Part shown: in pieces, positions 14,000-26,340 of the stretch
How the letters are laid out: the number at the start of each line of letters is the position of its first letter
Numbering within the stretch: the first letter of the stretch is position 1
DNA from: Eledone cirrhosa
Lineage: Eukaryota
Reading direction: 5' to 3'
Assembly (NCBI GenBank): GCA_964016885.1
Contig: OZ024740.1
Span: forward strand, 12,462,001-12,526,000
Length of the DNA stretch: 64,000 nt
Made by a program: the position numbers and the translations under genes
Notes under the pieces: generated by a model
Seen by the model: only the letters and a program-made list of their open reading frames with translations
Told to the model about the DNA's origin: nothing
The model's database searches: none

Positions 14000-16900
14000 C
14001 TCTAGTCTAATGTCTTGTCTCTAGTCTAATGTCTCTAGTCTAATGTCTTGTCTCTAGTCTAATATCTTGTCTCTAGTCTAATGTCTCTAGTCTAATGTCT
14101 CTAGTCTAATGTCTTGTCTCTAGTCTAATATCTTGTCTCTAGTCTAATGTCTCTAGTCTAATGTCTCTAGTCTAAAGTCTTGTCTCTAGTCTAATGTCTC
14201 TAGTCTAATGTCTTGTCTCTAGTCTAATATCTTGTCTCTAGTCTAATGTCTCTAGTCTAACGTCTTGTCTCTAGTCTAATGTCTCTAGTCTAATGTCTTG
14301 TCTCTAGTCTAATGTCTTGTCTCTAGTCTAATGTCTCTAGTCTAATATCTTGTCTCTAGTCTAATGTCTCTTGTCTAATGTCTTGTCTCTAGTCTAATGT
14401 CTCTAGTCTAATGTCTTGTCTCTAGTCTAATGTCTCTAGTCTAATGTCTTGTCTCTAGTCTAATATCTTGTCTCTAGTCTAATGTCTCTAGTCTAATGTC
14501 TTGTCTCTAGTCTAATATCTTGTCTCTAGTCTAATGTCTCTAGTCTAATGTCTTGTCTCTAGTCTAATATCTTGTCTCTAGTCTAATGACTCTAGTCTAA
14601 TGTCTTGTGTCTAGTCTAATATCTTGTCTCTAGTCTAATGTCTCTAGTCTAATGTCTTGTCTCTAGTCTAACGTCTTGTCTCTAGTCTAATGTCTCTAGT
14701 CTAATGTCTTGTCTCTAGTCTAGTGTCTTTAGTCTAATGTCTTGTCTCTAGTCTAATGTCTTGTCTCTAGTCTAATGTTTTGTCTCTAGTCTAATGTCTC
14801 TAGTCTAATGTCTTGTCTCTAGTCTAACGTCTTGTCTCTAGTCTAATATCTCGTCTCTAGTCTAATGTCTCTAGTCTAATGTCTTGTCTCTAGTCTAATA
14901 TCTTGTCTCTAGTCTAATGTCTCTAGTCTAATGTCTTGTCTCTAGTCTAATATCTTGTCTCTAGTCTAATGTCTCTAGTCTAATGTCTTGTCTCTAGTCT
15001 AATGTCTTGTCTACAGTCTAATGTCTCTAGTCTAATGTATTGTCTCTAGTCTAACGTCTTGTCTCTAGTCTAATGTCTCTAGTCTATGTCTCAAGTGTAA
15101 TGTCTTGTCTCTAGTCTAATGTCTTGTCTCTAATCTAATGTCTTGTCTCTAGTCTAATGTCTCTAGTCTAATGTCTTGTCTCTAGTCTAATATCTTGTCT
15201 CTAGTCTAATGTCTTGTCTCTAGTCTAATGTCTTGTCTCTAGTCTAATGTCTCTAGTCTAATGTCTTGTTTCTAGTCTAATGTCTCTAGTCTAATGTCTT
15301 GTCTCTAGTCTAATATCTTGTCTCTAGTCTAATGTCTTGTCTCTAGTCTAATGTCTCTAGTTTAATGTCTTGTTTCTAGTCTAATGTCTCTAGTCTAATG
15401 TCTTGTCTCTAGTCTAATATCTTGTCTCTAGTCTAATGTCTCTAGTCTAATGTCTTGTTTCTAGTCTAATGTCTCTAGTCTAATGTCTTGTCTCTAGTCT
15501 AATGTCTCTAGTCTAATGTCTTGTCTCTAGTCTAATATCTTGTCTCTAGTCTAATGTCTCTAGTCTAATGTCTTGTCTCTAGTCTAATGTCTCTAGTCTA
15601 ATGTCTTGTCTCTAGTCTAATGTCTTGTCTCTAGTCTAATGTCTCTAGTCTAATATCTTGTCTCTAGTCTAATGTCTCTAGTCTAATGTCTTGTCTCTAG
15701 TCTAATGTCTCTAGTCTAACGTCTTGTCTCTAGTCTAATATCTCGTCTCTAGTCTAATGTCTCTAGTCTAATGTCTTGTCTCTAGTCTAATATCTTGTCT
15801 CTAGTCTAATGTCTCTAGTCTATTGTCTTGTCTCTAGTCTAATATCTTGTCTCTAGTCTAATGTCTTGTCTCTAGTCTAATGTCTCTAGTCTAATGTCTT
15901 GTCTCTAGTCTAACGTCTTGTCTCTAGTCTAATGTCTCTAGTGTAATGTCTTGTCTCTAGTCTAACGTCTTGTCTCTAGTCTAATGTCTCTAGTCTAATA
16001 TCTTGTCTCTAGTCTAATGTCTCTAGTCTAATATCTTGTCTCTAGTCTAATGTCTCTAGTCTAATATCTTGTCTCTAGTCTAACGTCTTGTCTCCAGTCT
16101 AATGTCTCTATTCTAATATCTTGTCTCTAGTCTAATGTCTCTAGTCTAATATCTTGTCACTAGTCTAATGTCTCTAGTCTAATGTCTTGTCTCTAGTCTA
16201 ATGTCTCTAGTCTAATGTCTTGTCTCTAGTCTAATATCTTGTCTCTAGTCTAATGTCTTGTCTCTAGTCTAATGTCTCTAGGCTAATGTCTTGTTTCTAG
16301 TCTAATGTCTCTAGTCTAATGTCTTGTCTCTAGTCTAATGTCTCTAGTCTAATGTCTTGTCTCTAGTCTAATGTCTCTAGTCTAATGTCTTGTCTCTAGT
16401 CTAATATCTTGTCTCTAGTCTAATGTCTCTAGTCTAATGTCTCTAGTCTAATGTCTTGTCTCTAGTCTAATATCTTGTCTCTAGTCTAATGTCTCTAGTC
16501 TAATGTCTCTAGTCTAAAGTCTTGTCTCTAGTCTAATGTCTCTAGTCTGATGTCTTGTCTCTAGTCTAATATCTTGTCTCTAGTCTAATGTCTCTAGTCT
16601 AACGTCTTGTCTCTAGTCTAATGTCTCTAGTCTAATGTCTTGTCTCTAGTCTAATGTCTTGTCTCTAGTCTAATGTCTCTAGTCTAATATCTTGTCTCTA
16701 GTCTAATGTCTCTTGTCTAATGTCTTGTCTCTAGTCTAATGTCTCTAGTCTAATGTCTTGTCTCTAGTCTAATGTCTCTAGTCTAATGTCTTGTCTCTAG
16801 TCTAATATCTTGTCTCTAGTCTAATGTCTCTAGTCTAATGTCTTGTCTCTAGTCTAATATCTTGTCTCTAGTCTAATGTCTCTAGTCTAATGTCTTGTCT

Positions 16901-18690
16901 CTAGTCTAATATCTTGTCTCTAGTCTAATGACTCTAGTCTAATGTCTTGTGTCTAGTCTAATATCTTGTCTCTAGTCTAATGTCTCTAGTCTAATGTCTT
17001 GTCTCTAGTCTAACGTCTTGTCTCTAGTCTAATGTCTCTAGTCTAATGTCTTGTCTCTAGTCTAGTGTCTTTAGTCTAATGTCTTGTCTCTAGTCTAATG
17101 TCTTGTCTCTAGTCTAATGTTTTGTCTCTAGTCTAATGTCTCTAGTCTAATGTCTTGTCTCTAGTCTAATGTCTCTAGTCTAACGTCTTGTCTCTAGTCT
17201 AATATCTCGTCTCTAGTCTAATGTCTCTAGTCTAATGTCTTGTCTCTAGTCTAATATCTTGTCTCTAGTCTAATGTCTCTAGTCTAATGTCTTGTCTCTA
17301 GTCTAATATCTTGTCTCTAGTCTAATGTCTCTAGTCTAATGTCTTGTCTCTAGTCTAATGTCTTGTCTCCAGTCTAATGTCTCTAGTCTAATGTATTGTC
17401 TCTAGTCTAACGTCTTGTCTCTAGTCTAATGTCTCTAGTCTATGTCTCAAGTGTAATGTCTTGTCTCTAGTCTAATGTCTTGTCTCTAATCTAATGTCTT
17501 GTCTCTAGTCTAATGTCTCTAGTCTAATGTCTTGTCTCTAGTCTAATATCTTGTCTCTAGTCTAATGTCTTGTCTCTAGTCTAATGTCTTGTCTCTAGTC
17601 TAATGTCTCTAGTCTAATGTCTTGTTTCTAGTCTAATGTCTCTAGTCTAATGTCTTGTCTCTAGTCTAATATCTTGTCTCTAGTCTAATGTCTTGTCTCT
17701 AGTCTAATGTCTCTAGTTTAATGTCTTGTTTCTAGTCTAATGTCTCTAGTCTAATGTCTTGTCTCTAGTCTAATATCTTGTCTCTAGTCTAATGTCTCTA
17801 GTCTAATGTCTTGTTTCTAGTCTAATGTCTCTAGTCTAATGTCTTGTCTCTAGTCTAATGTCTCTAGTCTAATGTCTTGTCTCTAGTCTAATATCTTGTC
17901 TCTAGTCTAATGTCTCTAGTCTAATGTCTTGTCTCTAGTCTAATGTCTCTAGTCTAATGTCTTGTCTCTAGTCTAATGTCTTGTCTCTAGTCTAATGTCT
18001 CTAGTCTAATATCTTGTCTCTAGTCTAATGTCTCTAGTCTAATGTCTTGTCTCTAGTCTAATGTCTCTAGTCTAACGTCTTGTCTCTAGTCTAATATCTC
18101 GTCTCTAGTCTAATGTCTCTAGTCTAATGTCTTGTCTCTAGTCTAATATCTTGTCTCTAGTCTAATGTCTCTAGTCTATTGTCTTGTCTCTAGTCTAATA
18201 TCTTGTCTCTAGTCTAATGTCTTGTCTCTAGTCTAATGTCTCTAGTCTAATGTCTTGTCTCTAGTCTAACGTCTTGTCTCTAGTCTAATGTCTCTAGTGT
18301 AATGTCTTGTCTCTAGTCTAACGTCTTGTCTCTAGTCTAATGTCTCTAGTCTAATATCTTGTCTCTAGTCTAATGTCTCTAGTCTAATATCTTGTCTCTA
18401 GTCTAATGTCTCTAGTCTAATATCTTGTCTCTAGTCTAACGTCTTGTCTCCAGTCTAATGTCTCTATTCTAATATCTTGTCTCTAGTCTAATGTCTCTAG
18501 TCTAATATCTTGTCACTAGTCTAATGTCTCTAGTCTAATGTCTTGTCTCTAGTCTAATGTCTCTAGTCTAATGTCTTGTCTCTAGTCTAATATCTTGTCT
18601 CTAGTCTAATGTCTTGTCTCTAGTCTAATGTCTCTAGGCTAATGTCTTGTTTCTAGTCTAATGTCTCTAGTCTAATGTCTTGTCTCTAGT
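14000..18690. repeat. Tandem duplication with period ~2342-2356 bp; a related earlier copy lies ~2706 bp upstream
   Basis: TTTAATG at 12655/15361/17717; GGCTAA at 16281/18637; TCTAAAG at 14171/16513. Confidence 0.87.
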
Positions 18691-19899
18691 CTAATATCTT
18701 GTCTCTAGTCTAATGTCTTGTCTCTAGTCTAATGTCTTTAGTCTAATGTCTTGTCTCTAGTCTAATATCTTGTCTCTAGTCTAATGTCTTGTCTCTAGTC
18801 TAATGTCTCTAGTCTAATGTCTTGTTTCTAGTCTAATGTCTCTAGTCTAATGTCTTGTCTCTAGTCTAATATCTTGTCTCTAGTCTAATGTCTCTAGTCT
18901 AATGTCTTGTCTCTAGTCTAATGTCTCTAGTCTAATGTCTTGTCTCTAGTCTAATATCTTGTCTCTAGTCTAATGTCTCTAGTTTAATGTCTTGTCTCTA
19001 GTCTAATATCTTGTCTCTAGTCTAATGTCTTGTTTCTAGTCTAATGTCTCTAGTCTAATGTCTTGTCTCTAGTCTAATATCTTGTCTCTAGTCTAATGTC
19101 TCTAGTCTAATGTCTCTAGTCTAATGTCTTGTCTCTAGTCTAATATCTTGTCTCTAGTCTAATGTCTCTAGTCTAATGTCTCTAGTCTAAAGTCTTGTCT
19201 CTAGTCTAATGTCTCTAGTCTAATGTCTTGTCTCTAGTCTAATATCTTGTCTCTAGTCTAATGTCTCTAGTCAAACGTCTTGTCTCTAGTCTAATGTCTC
19301 TAGTCTAATGTCTTGTCTCTAGTCTAATGTCTTGTCTCTAGTCTAATGTCTCTAGTCTAATATCTTGTCTCTAGTCTAATGTCTCTTGTCTAATGTCTTG
19401 TCTCTAGTCTAATGTCTTGTCTCTAGTCTAATGTCTCTAGTCTAATGTCTTGTCTCTAGTCTAATATCTTGTCTCTAGTCTAATGTCTCTAGTCTAATGT
19501 CTTGTCTCTAGTCTAATATCTTGTCTCTAGTCTAATGTCTCTAGTCTAATGTCTTGTCTCTAGTCTAATATCTTGTCTCTAGTCTAATGACTCTAGTCTA
19601 ATGTCTTGTGTCTAGTCTAATATCTTGTCTCTAGTCTAATGTCTCTAGTCTAATGTCTTGTCTCTAGTCTAACGTCTTGTCTCTAGTCTAATGTCTCTAG
19701 TCTAATGTCTTGTCTCTAGTCTAGTGTCTTTAGTCTAATGTCTTGTCTCTAGTCTAATGTCTTGTCTCTAGTCTAATATCTTGTCTCTAGTCTAATGTCT
19801 TGTCTCTAGTCTAATGTCTCTAGTCTAATGTCTTGTCTCTAGTCTAATGTCTTGTCTCTAGTCTAATGTCTCTAGTCTAATGTCTTGTCTCTAGTCTAA

Positions 19900-21340
19900 T
19901 GTCTTGTCTCTAGTCTAATATCTTGTCTCTAGTCTAATGTCTTGTCTCTAGTCTAATGTCTCTATTCTAATGTCTTGTCTCTAGTCTAATGTCTCTAGTC
20001 TAATGTCTTGTCTCTAGTCTAATATCTTGTCTCTAGTCTAATGTCTCTAATCTAATGTCTCTTCTCTAGTCTAATGTCTCTAGTCTAATGTCTTGTCTCT
20101 AGTCTAATGTCTTGTCTCTAGTCTAATGTCTCTAGTCTAATATCTTGTCTCTAGTCTAATGTCTCTAGTCTAATGTCTAGTCTCTAGTCTAATGTCTCTA
20201 GTCTAACGTCTTGTCTCTAGTCTAATATCTTGTCTTTAGTCTAATGTCTCTAGTCTAATGTCTTGTCTCTAGTCTAATGTCTTGTCTCTAGTCTAACGTC
20301 TTGTCTCTAGTCTAATGTCTCTAGTCTAATGTCTTGTCTCAAATCTAATGTCTTGTCTCTAGTCTAATGTCTCTAGTCTAATGTCTTGTCTCTAGTCTAA
20401 TATCTTGTCTCTAGTCTAATGTCTTGTCTCTAGTCTAATGTCTTGTTTCTAGTCTAATGTCTCTAGTCTAATGTCTTGTCTCTAGTCTAATATCTTGTCT
20501 CTAGTCTAATGTCTTGTCTCTAGTCTAATGTCTCTAGTCTAATGTCTTTTCTCTAGTCTAATGTCTCTAGTCTAATGTCTAGTCTCTAGTCTAATGTCTC
20601 TAGTCTAATATCTTGTCTCTAGTCTAATGTCTCTAGTCTAATATCTTGTCACTAGTCTAATGTCTCTAGTCTAATGTCTTGTCTCTAGTCTAATGTCTTG
20701 TCTCTAGTCTAATGTCTTGTCTCTAGTCTAATATCTTGTCTCTAGTCTAATGTCTTGTCTCTAGTCTAATGTCTCTATTCTAATGTCTTGTCTCTAGTCT
20801 AATGTCTCTAGTCTAATGTCTTGTCTCTAGTCTAATATCTTGTCTCTAGTCTAATGTCTTTAATCTAATGTCTTGTCTCTAGTCTAATGTCTCTAGTCTA
20901 ATGTCTTGTCTCTAGTCTAATGTCTCTAGTCTAATATCTTGTCTCTAGTCTAATGTCTCTAGTCTAATGTCTAGTCTCTAGTCTAATGTCTCTAGTCTAA
21001 CGTCTTGTCTCTAGTCTAATATCTTGTCTTTAGTCTAATGTCTCTAGTCTAATGTCTTGTCTCTAGTCTAATGTCTTGTCTCTAGTCTAACGTCTTGTCT
21101 CTAGTCTAATGTCTCTAGTCTAATGTCTTGTCTCAAATCTAATGTCTTGTCTCTAGTCTAATGTCTCTAGTCTAATGTCTTGTCTCTAGTCTAATATCTT
21201 GTCTCTAGTCTAATGTCTTGTCTCTAGTCTAATGTCTTGTTTCTAGTCTAATGTCTCTAGTCTAATGTCTTGTCTCTAGTCTAATATCTTGTCTCTAGTC
21301 CAATGTCTTGTCTCTAGTCTAATGTCTCTAGTCTAATGTC
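19900..21340. repeat. Tandem duplication with period ~794-813 bp
   Basis: TCTATTCTAA at 19961/20774; GTCTAGTCTCTAG at 20175/20969; TCTCAAATCT at 20337/21131. Confidence 0.83.
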
Positions 21341-22829
21341 TTGTCTCTAGTCTAACGTCTTGTCTCTAGTCTAATGTCTCTAGTGTAATGTCTTGTCTCT
21401 AGACTAATGTCTTGTCTCTAGTCTAACGTCTTGTCTCTAGTCTAATGTCTCTAGTCTAATATCTTGTCTCTAGTCTAATGTCTCTAGTCTAATATCTTGT
21501 CACTAGTCTAATGTCTCTAGTCTAATGTCTTGTCTCTAGTCTAATGTCTTGTCTCTAGTCTAATGTCTCTAGTCTAATGTCTTGTCTCTAGTCTAATATC
21601 TTGTCTCTAGTCTAATGTCTTGTCTCTAGTCTAATGTCTCTAGTCTAATGTCTTGTTTCTAGTCTAATGTCTCTAGTCTAATGTCTTGTCTCTAGTCTAA
21701 TATCTTGTCTCTAGTCTAATGTCTTGTCTCTAGTCTAATGTCTCTAGTCTAATGTCTTGTCTCTAGTCTAATATCTTGTCTCTAGTCTAATGTCTTTTCT
21801 CTAGTCTAATGTCTCTAGTCTAATGTCTTGTTTCTAGTCTAATGTCTCTAGTCTAATGTCTTGTCTCTAGTCTAATATCTCGTCTCTAGTGTAATGTCTC
21901 TAGTCTAATGTCTTGTCTCTAGTCTAATATCTTGTGTCTAGTCTAATGTCTTGTCTCTAGTCTAATGTCTCTAGTCTAATGTCTTGTTTCTAGTCTAATG
22001 TCTCTAGTCTAATGTCTTGTCTCTAGTCTAATATCTTGTCTCTAGTCTAATGTCTCTAGTCTAATATCTTGTCTCTAGTCTAATGTCTCTAGTCTAATGT
22101 CTTGTCTCTAGTCTAATATCTTGTCTCTAGTCTAATGTCTCTAGTCTAATGTCTCTAGTCTAATGTCTTGTCTCTAGTCTAATATCTTGTCTCTAGTCTA
22201 ATGTCTTGTCTCTAGTCTAATGTCTCTAGTCTAATGTCTTGTTTCTAGTCTAATGTCTCTAGTCTAATGTCTTGTCTCTAGTCTAATATCTTGTCTCTAG
22301 TCTAATGTCTCTAGTCTAATGTCTTGTCTCTAGTCTAATGTCTCTAGTCTAATGTCTTGTCTCTAGTCTAATATCTTGTCTCTAGTCTAATGTCTCTAGT
22401 CTAATGTCTTGTCTCTAGTCTAATATCTTGTCTCTAGTCTAATGTCTCTAGTCTAATGTCTTGTCTCTAGTCTAATGTCTCTAGTCTAATGTCTTGTCTC
22501 TAGTCTAATGTCTCTAGTCTAATGTCTTGTCTCTAGTCTAATATCTTGTCTCTAGTCTAATGTCTCTAGTCTAATGTCTCTAGTCTAATGTCTTGTCTCT
22601 AGTCTAATATCTTGTCTCTAGTCTAATGTCTTGTCTCTAGTCTAATGTCTCTAGTCTAATATCTTGTCTCTAGTCTAATGTCTCTAGTCTAATGTCTTGT
22701 CTCTAGTCTAATGTCTCTAGTCTAATGTCTTGTCTCTAGTCTAATATCTTGTCTCTAGTCTAATGTCTCTAGTCTAATGTATTGTCTCTAGTCTAACGTC
22801 TTGTCTCTAGTCTAATGTCTCTAGTCTAA

Positions 22830-25800
22830 TGTCTTGTCTCTAGTCTAATGTCTTGTCTCTAGTCTAATATCTTGTCTCTAGTCTAATGTCTTGTCTCTAG
22901 TCTAATGTCTCTATTCTAATGTCTTGTCTCTAGTCTAATGTCTCTAGTCTAATGTCTTGTCTCTAGTCTAATATCTTGTCTCTAGTCTAATGTCTCTAGT
23001 CTAATGTCTCTAGTCTAATGTCTTGTCTCTAGTCTAATATCTTGTCTCTAGTCTAATGTCTCTAGTCTAATGTCTCTAGTCTAAAGTCTTGTCTCTAGTC
23101 TAATGTCTCTAGTCTAATGTCTTGTCTCTAGTCTAATATCTTGTCTCTAGTCTAATGTCTCTAGTCTAACGTCTTGTCTCTAGTCTAATGTCTCTAGTCT
23201 AATGTCTTGTCTCTAGTCTAATGTCTTGTCTCTAGTCTAATGTCTCTAGTCTAATATCTTGTCTCTAGTCTAATGTCTCTTGTCTAATGTCTTGTCTCTA
23301 GTCTAATGTCTCTAGTCTAATGTCTTGTCTCTAGTCTAATGTCTCTAGTCTAATGTCTTGTCTCTAGTCTAATATCTTGTCTCTAGTCTAATGTCTCTAG
23401 TCTAATGTCTTGTCTCTAGTCTAATATCTTGTCTCTAGTCTAATGTCTCTAGTCTAATGTCTTGTCTCTAGTCTAATATCTTGTCTCTAGTCTAATGACT
23501 CTAGTCTAATGTCTTGTGTCTAGTCTAATATCTTGTCTCTAGTCTAATGTCTCTAGTCTAATGTATTGTCTCTAGTCTAACGTCTTGTCTCTAGTCTAAT
23601 GTCTCTAGTCTAATGTCTTGTCTCTAGTCTAATGTCTTGTCTCTAGTCTAATATCTTGTCTCTAGTCTAATGTCTTGTCTCTAGTCTAATGTCTCTATTC
23701 TAATGTCTTGTCTCTAGTCTAATGTCTCTAGTCTAATGTCTTGTCTCTAGTCTAATATCTTGTCTCTAGTCTAATGTCTTGTCTCTAGTCTAATGTCTAG
23801 TCTCTAGTCTAATGTCTCTAGTCTAATTTCTTGTCTCAAATCTAATGTCTTGTCTCTAGTCTAATGTCTATAGTCTAATGTCTTGTCTCTAGTCTAATAT
23901 CTTGTCTCTAGTCTAATGTCTTGTCTCTAGTCTAATGTCTTGTTTCTAGTCTAATGTCTCTAGTCTAATGTCTTGTCTCTAGTCTAATACCTTGTCTCTA
24001 GTCTAATGTCTTGTCTCTAGTCTAATGTCTCTAGTGTAATGTCTTGTCTCTAGTCTAATGTCTTGTCTCTAGTCTAACGTCTTGTCTCTAGTCTAATGTC
24101 TCTAGTCTAATATCTTGTCTCTAGTTTAATGTCTCTAGTCTAATATCGTGTCACTAGTCTAATGTCTCTAGTCTAATATCTTGTCTCTAGTCTACCGTCT
24201 TGTCTCTAGTCTAATGTCTCTAGTCTAATATCTTGTCTCTAGTCTAATGTCTCTAGTCTAATGTCTTGTCTCTAGTCTAATATCTTGTCTCTAGTCTAAT
24301 GTCTCTAGTCTAATGTCTTGTCTCTAGTCTAATATCTTGTCTCTAGTCTAATGTCTCTAGTCTAATGTCTTGTCTCTAGTCTAATGTCTCTAGTCTAATG
24401 TCTTGTCTCTAGTCTAATGTCTCTAGTCTAATGTCTTGTCTCTTGTCTAATATCTTGTCTCTAGTCTAATGTCTCTAGTCTAATGTCTCTAGTCTAATGT
24501 CTTGTCTCTAGTCTAATATCTTGTCTCTAGTCTAATGTCTCTAGTCTAATGTCTCTAGTCTAAAGTCTTGTCTCTACTCTAATGTCTCTAGTCTAATGTC
24601 TTGTCTCTAGTCTAATATCTTGTCTCTAGTCTAATGTCTCTAGTCTAACGTCTTGTCTCTAGTCTAATGTCTCTAGTCTAATGTCTTGTCTCTAGTCTAA
24701 TGTCTTGTCTCTAGTCTAATGTCTCTAGTCTAATATCTTGTCTCTAGTCTAATGTCTCTTGTCTAATGTCTTGTCTCTAGTCTAATGTCTCTAGTCTAAT
24801 GTCTTGTCTCTAGTATAATGTCTTGTCTCTAGTCTAATATCTTGTCTCTAGTCTAATGTCTTGTCTCTAGTCTAATGTCTCTATTCTAATGTCTTGTCTC
24901 TAGTCTAATGTCTCTAGTCTAATGTCTTGTCTCTAGTCTAATATCTTGTCTCTAGTCTAATGTCTCTAGTCTAATGTCTCTAGTCTAATGTCTTGTCTCT
25001 AGTCTAATATCTTGTCTCTAGTCTAATGTCTCTAGTCTAATGTCTCTAGTCTAAAGTCTTGTCTCTAGTCTAATGTCTCTAGTCTAATGTCTTGTCTCTA
25101 GTCTAATATCTTGTCTCTAGTCTAATGTCTCTAGTCTAACGTCTTGTCTCTAGTCTAATGTCTCTAGTCTAATGTCTTGTCTCTAGTCTAATGTCTTGTC
25201 TCTAGTCTAATGTCTCTAGTCTAATATCTTGTCTCTAGTCTAATGTCTCTTGTCTAATGTCTTGTCTCTAGTCTAATGTCTCTAGTCTAATGTCTTGTCT
25301 CTAGTCTAATGTCTCTAGTCTAATGTCTTGTCTCTAGTCTAATATCTTGTCTCTAGTCTAATGTCTCTAGTCTAATGTCTTGTCTCTAGTCTAATATCTT
25401 GTCTCTAGTCTAATGTCTCTAGTCTAATGTCTTGTCTCTTGTCTAATATCTTGTCTCTAGTCTAATGACTCTAGTCTAATGTCTTGTGTCTAGTCTAATA
25501 TCTTGTCTCTAGTCTCATGTCTCTAGTCTAATGTATTGTCTCTAGTCTAACGTCTTGTCTCTAGTCTAATGTCTCTAGTCTAATGTCTTGTCTCTAGTCT
25601 AATGTCTTGTCTCTAGTCTAATATCTTGTCTCTAGTCTAATGTCTTGTCTCTAGTCTAATGTCTCTATTCTAATGTCTTGTCTCTAGTCTAATGTCTCTA
25701 GTCTAATGTCTTGTCTCTAGTCTAATATCTTGTCTCTAGTCTAATGTCTTGTCTCTAGTCTAATGTCTCTAGTCTAATGTCTAGTCTCTAGTCTAATGTC

Positions 25801-26340
25801 TCTAGTCTAACGTCTTGTCTCTAGTCTAATATCTTGTCTCTAGTCTAATGTCTCTAGTCTAATGTCTTGTCTCTAGTCTAATGTCTTGTCTCTAGTCTAA
25901 CGTCTTGTCTCTAGTCTAATGTCTCTAGTCTAATTTCTTGTCTCAAATCTAATGTCTTGTCTCTAGTCTAATGTCTATAGTCTAATGTCTTGTCTCTAGT
26001 CTAATATCTTGTCTCTAGTCTAATGTCTTGTCTCTAGTCTAATGTCTTGTTTCTAGTCTAATGTCTCTAGTCTAATGTCTTGTATCTAGTCTAATACCTT
26101 GTCTCTAGTCTAATGTCTTGTCTCTAGTCTAATGTCTCTAGTGTAATGTCTTGTCTCTAGTCTAATGTCTTGTCTCTAGTCTAACGTCTTGTCTCTAGTC
26201 TAATGTCTCTAGTCTAATATCTTGTCTCTAGTTTAATGTCTCTAGTCTAATATCGTGTCACTAGTCTAATGTCTCTAGTCTAATATCTTGTCTCTAGTCT
26301 ACCGTCTTGTCTCTAGTCTAATGTCTCTAGTCTAATATCT
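22830..26340. repeat. Duplication with offset 1970, rising to ~2107 after a multi-monomer indel
   Basis: 22871 matches 24841. TAATTTCTTGTCTCAAATC at ~23824/25931; ATACC at ~23987/26094. Confidence 0.82.

Noticed and set aside
21395-21404. Small inverted repeats in variant units (GTCTCTAGAC, GTCACTAGAC) as hairpins or terminators
   Set aside because: Stems are only 3-4 bp and arise from one or two substitutions. There is no larger inversion or terminator-like structure.
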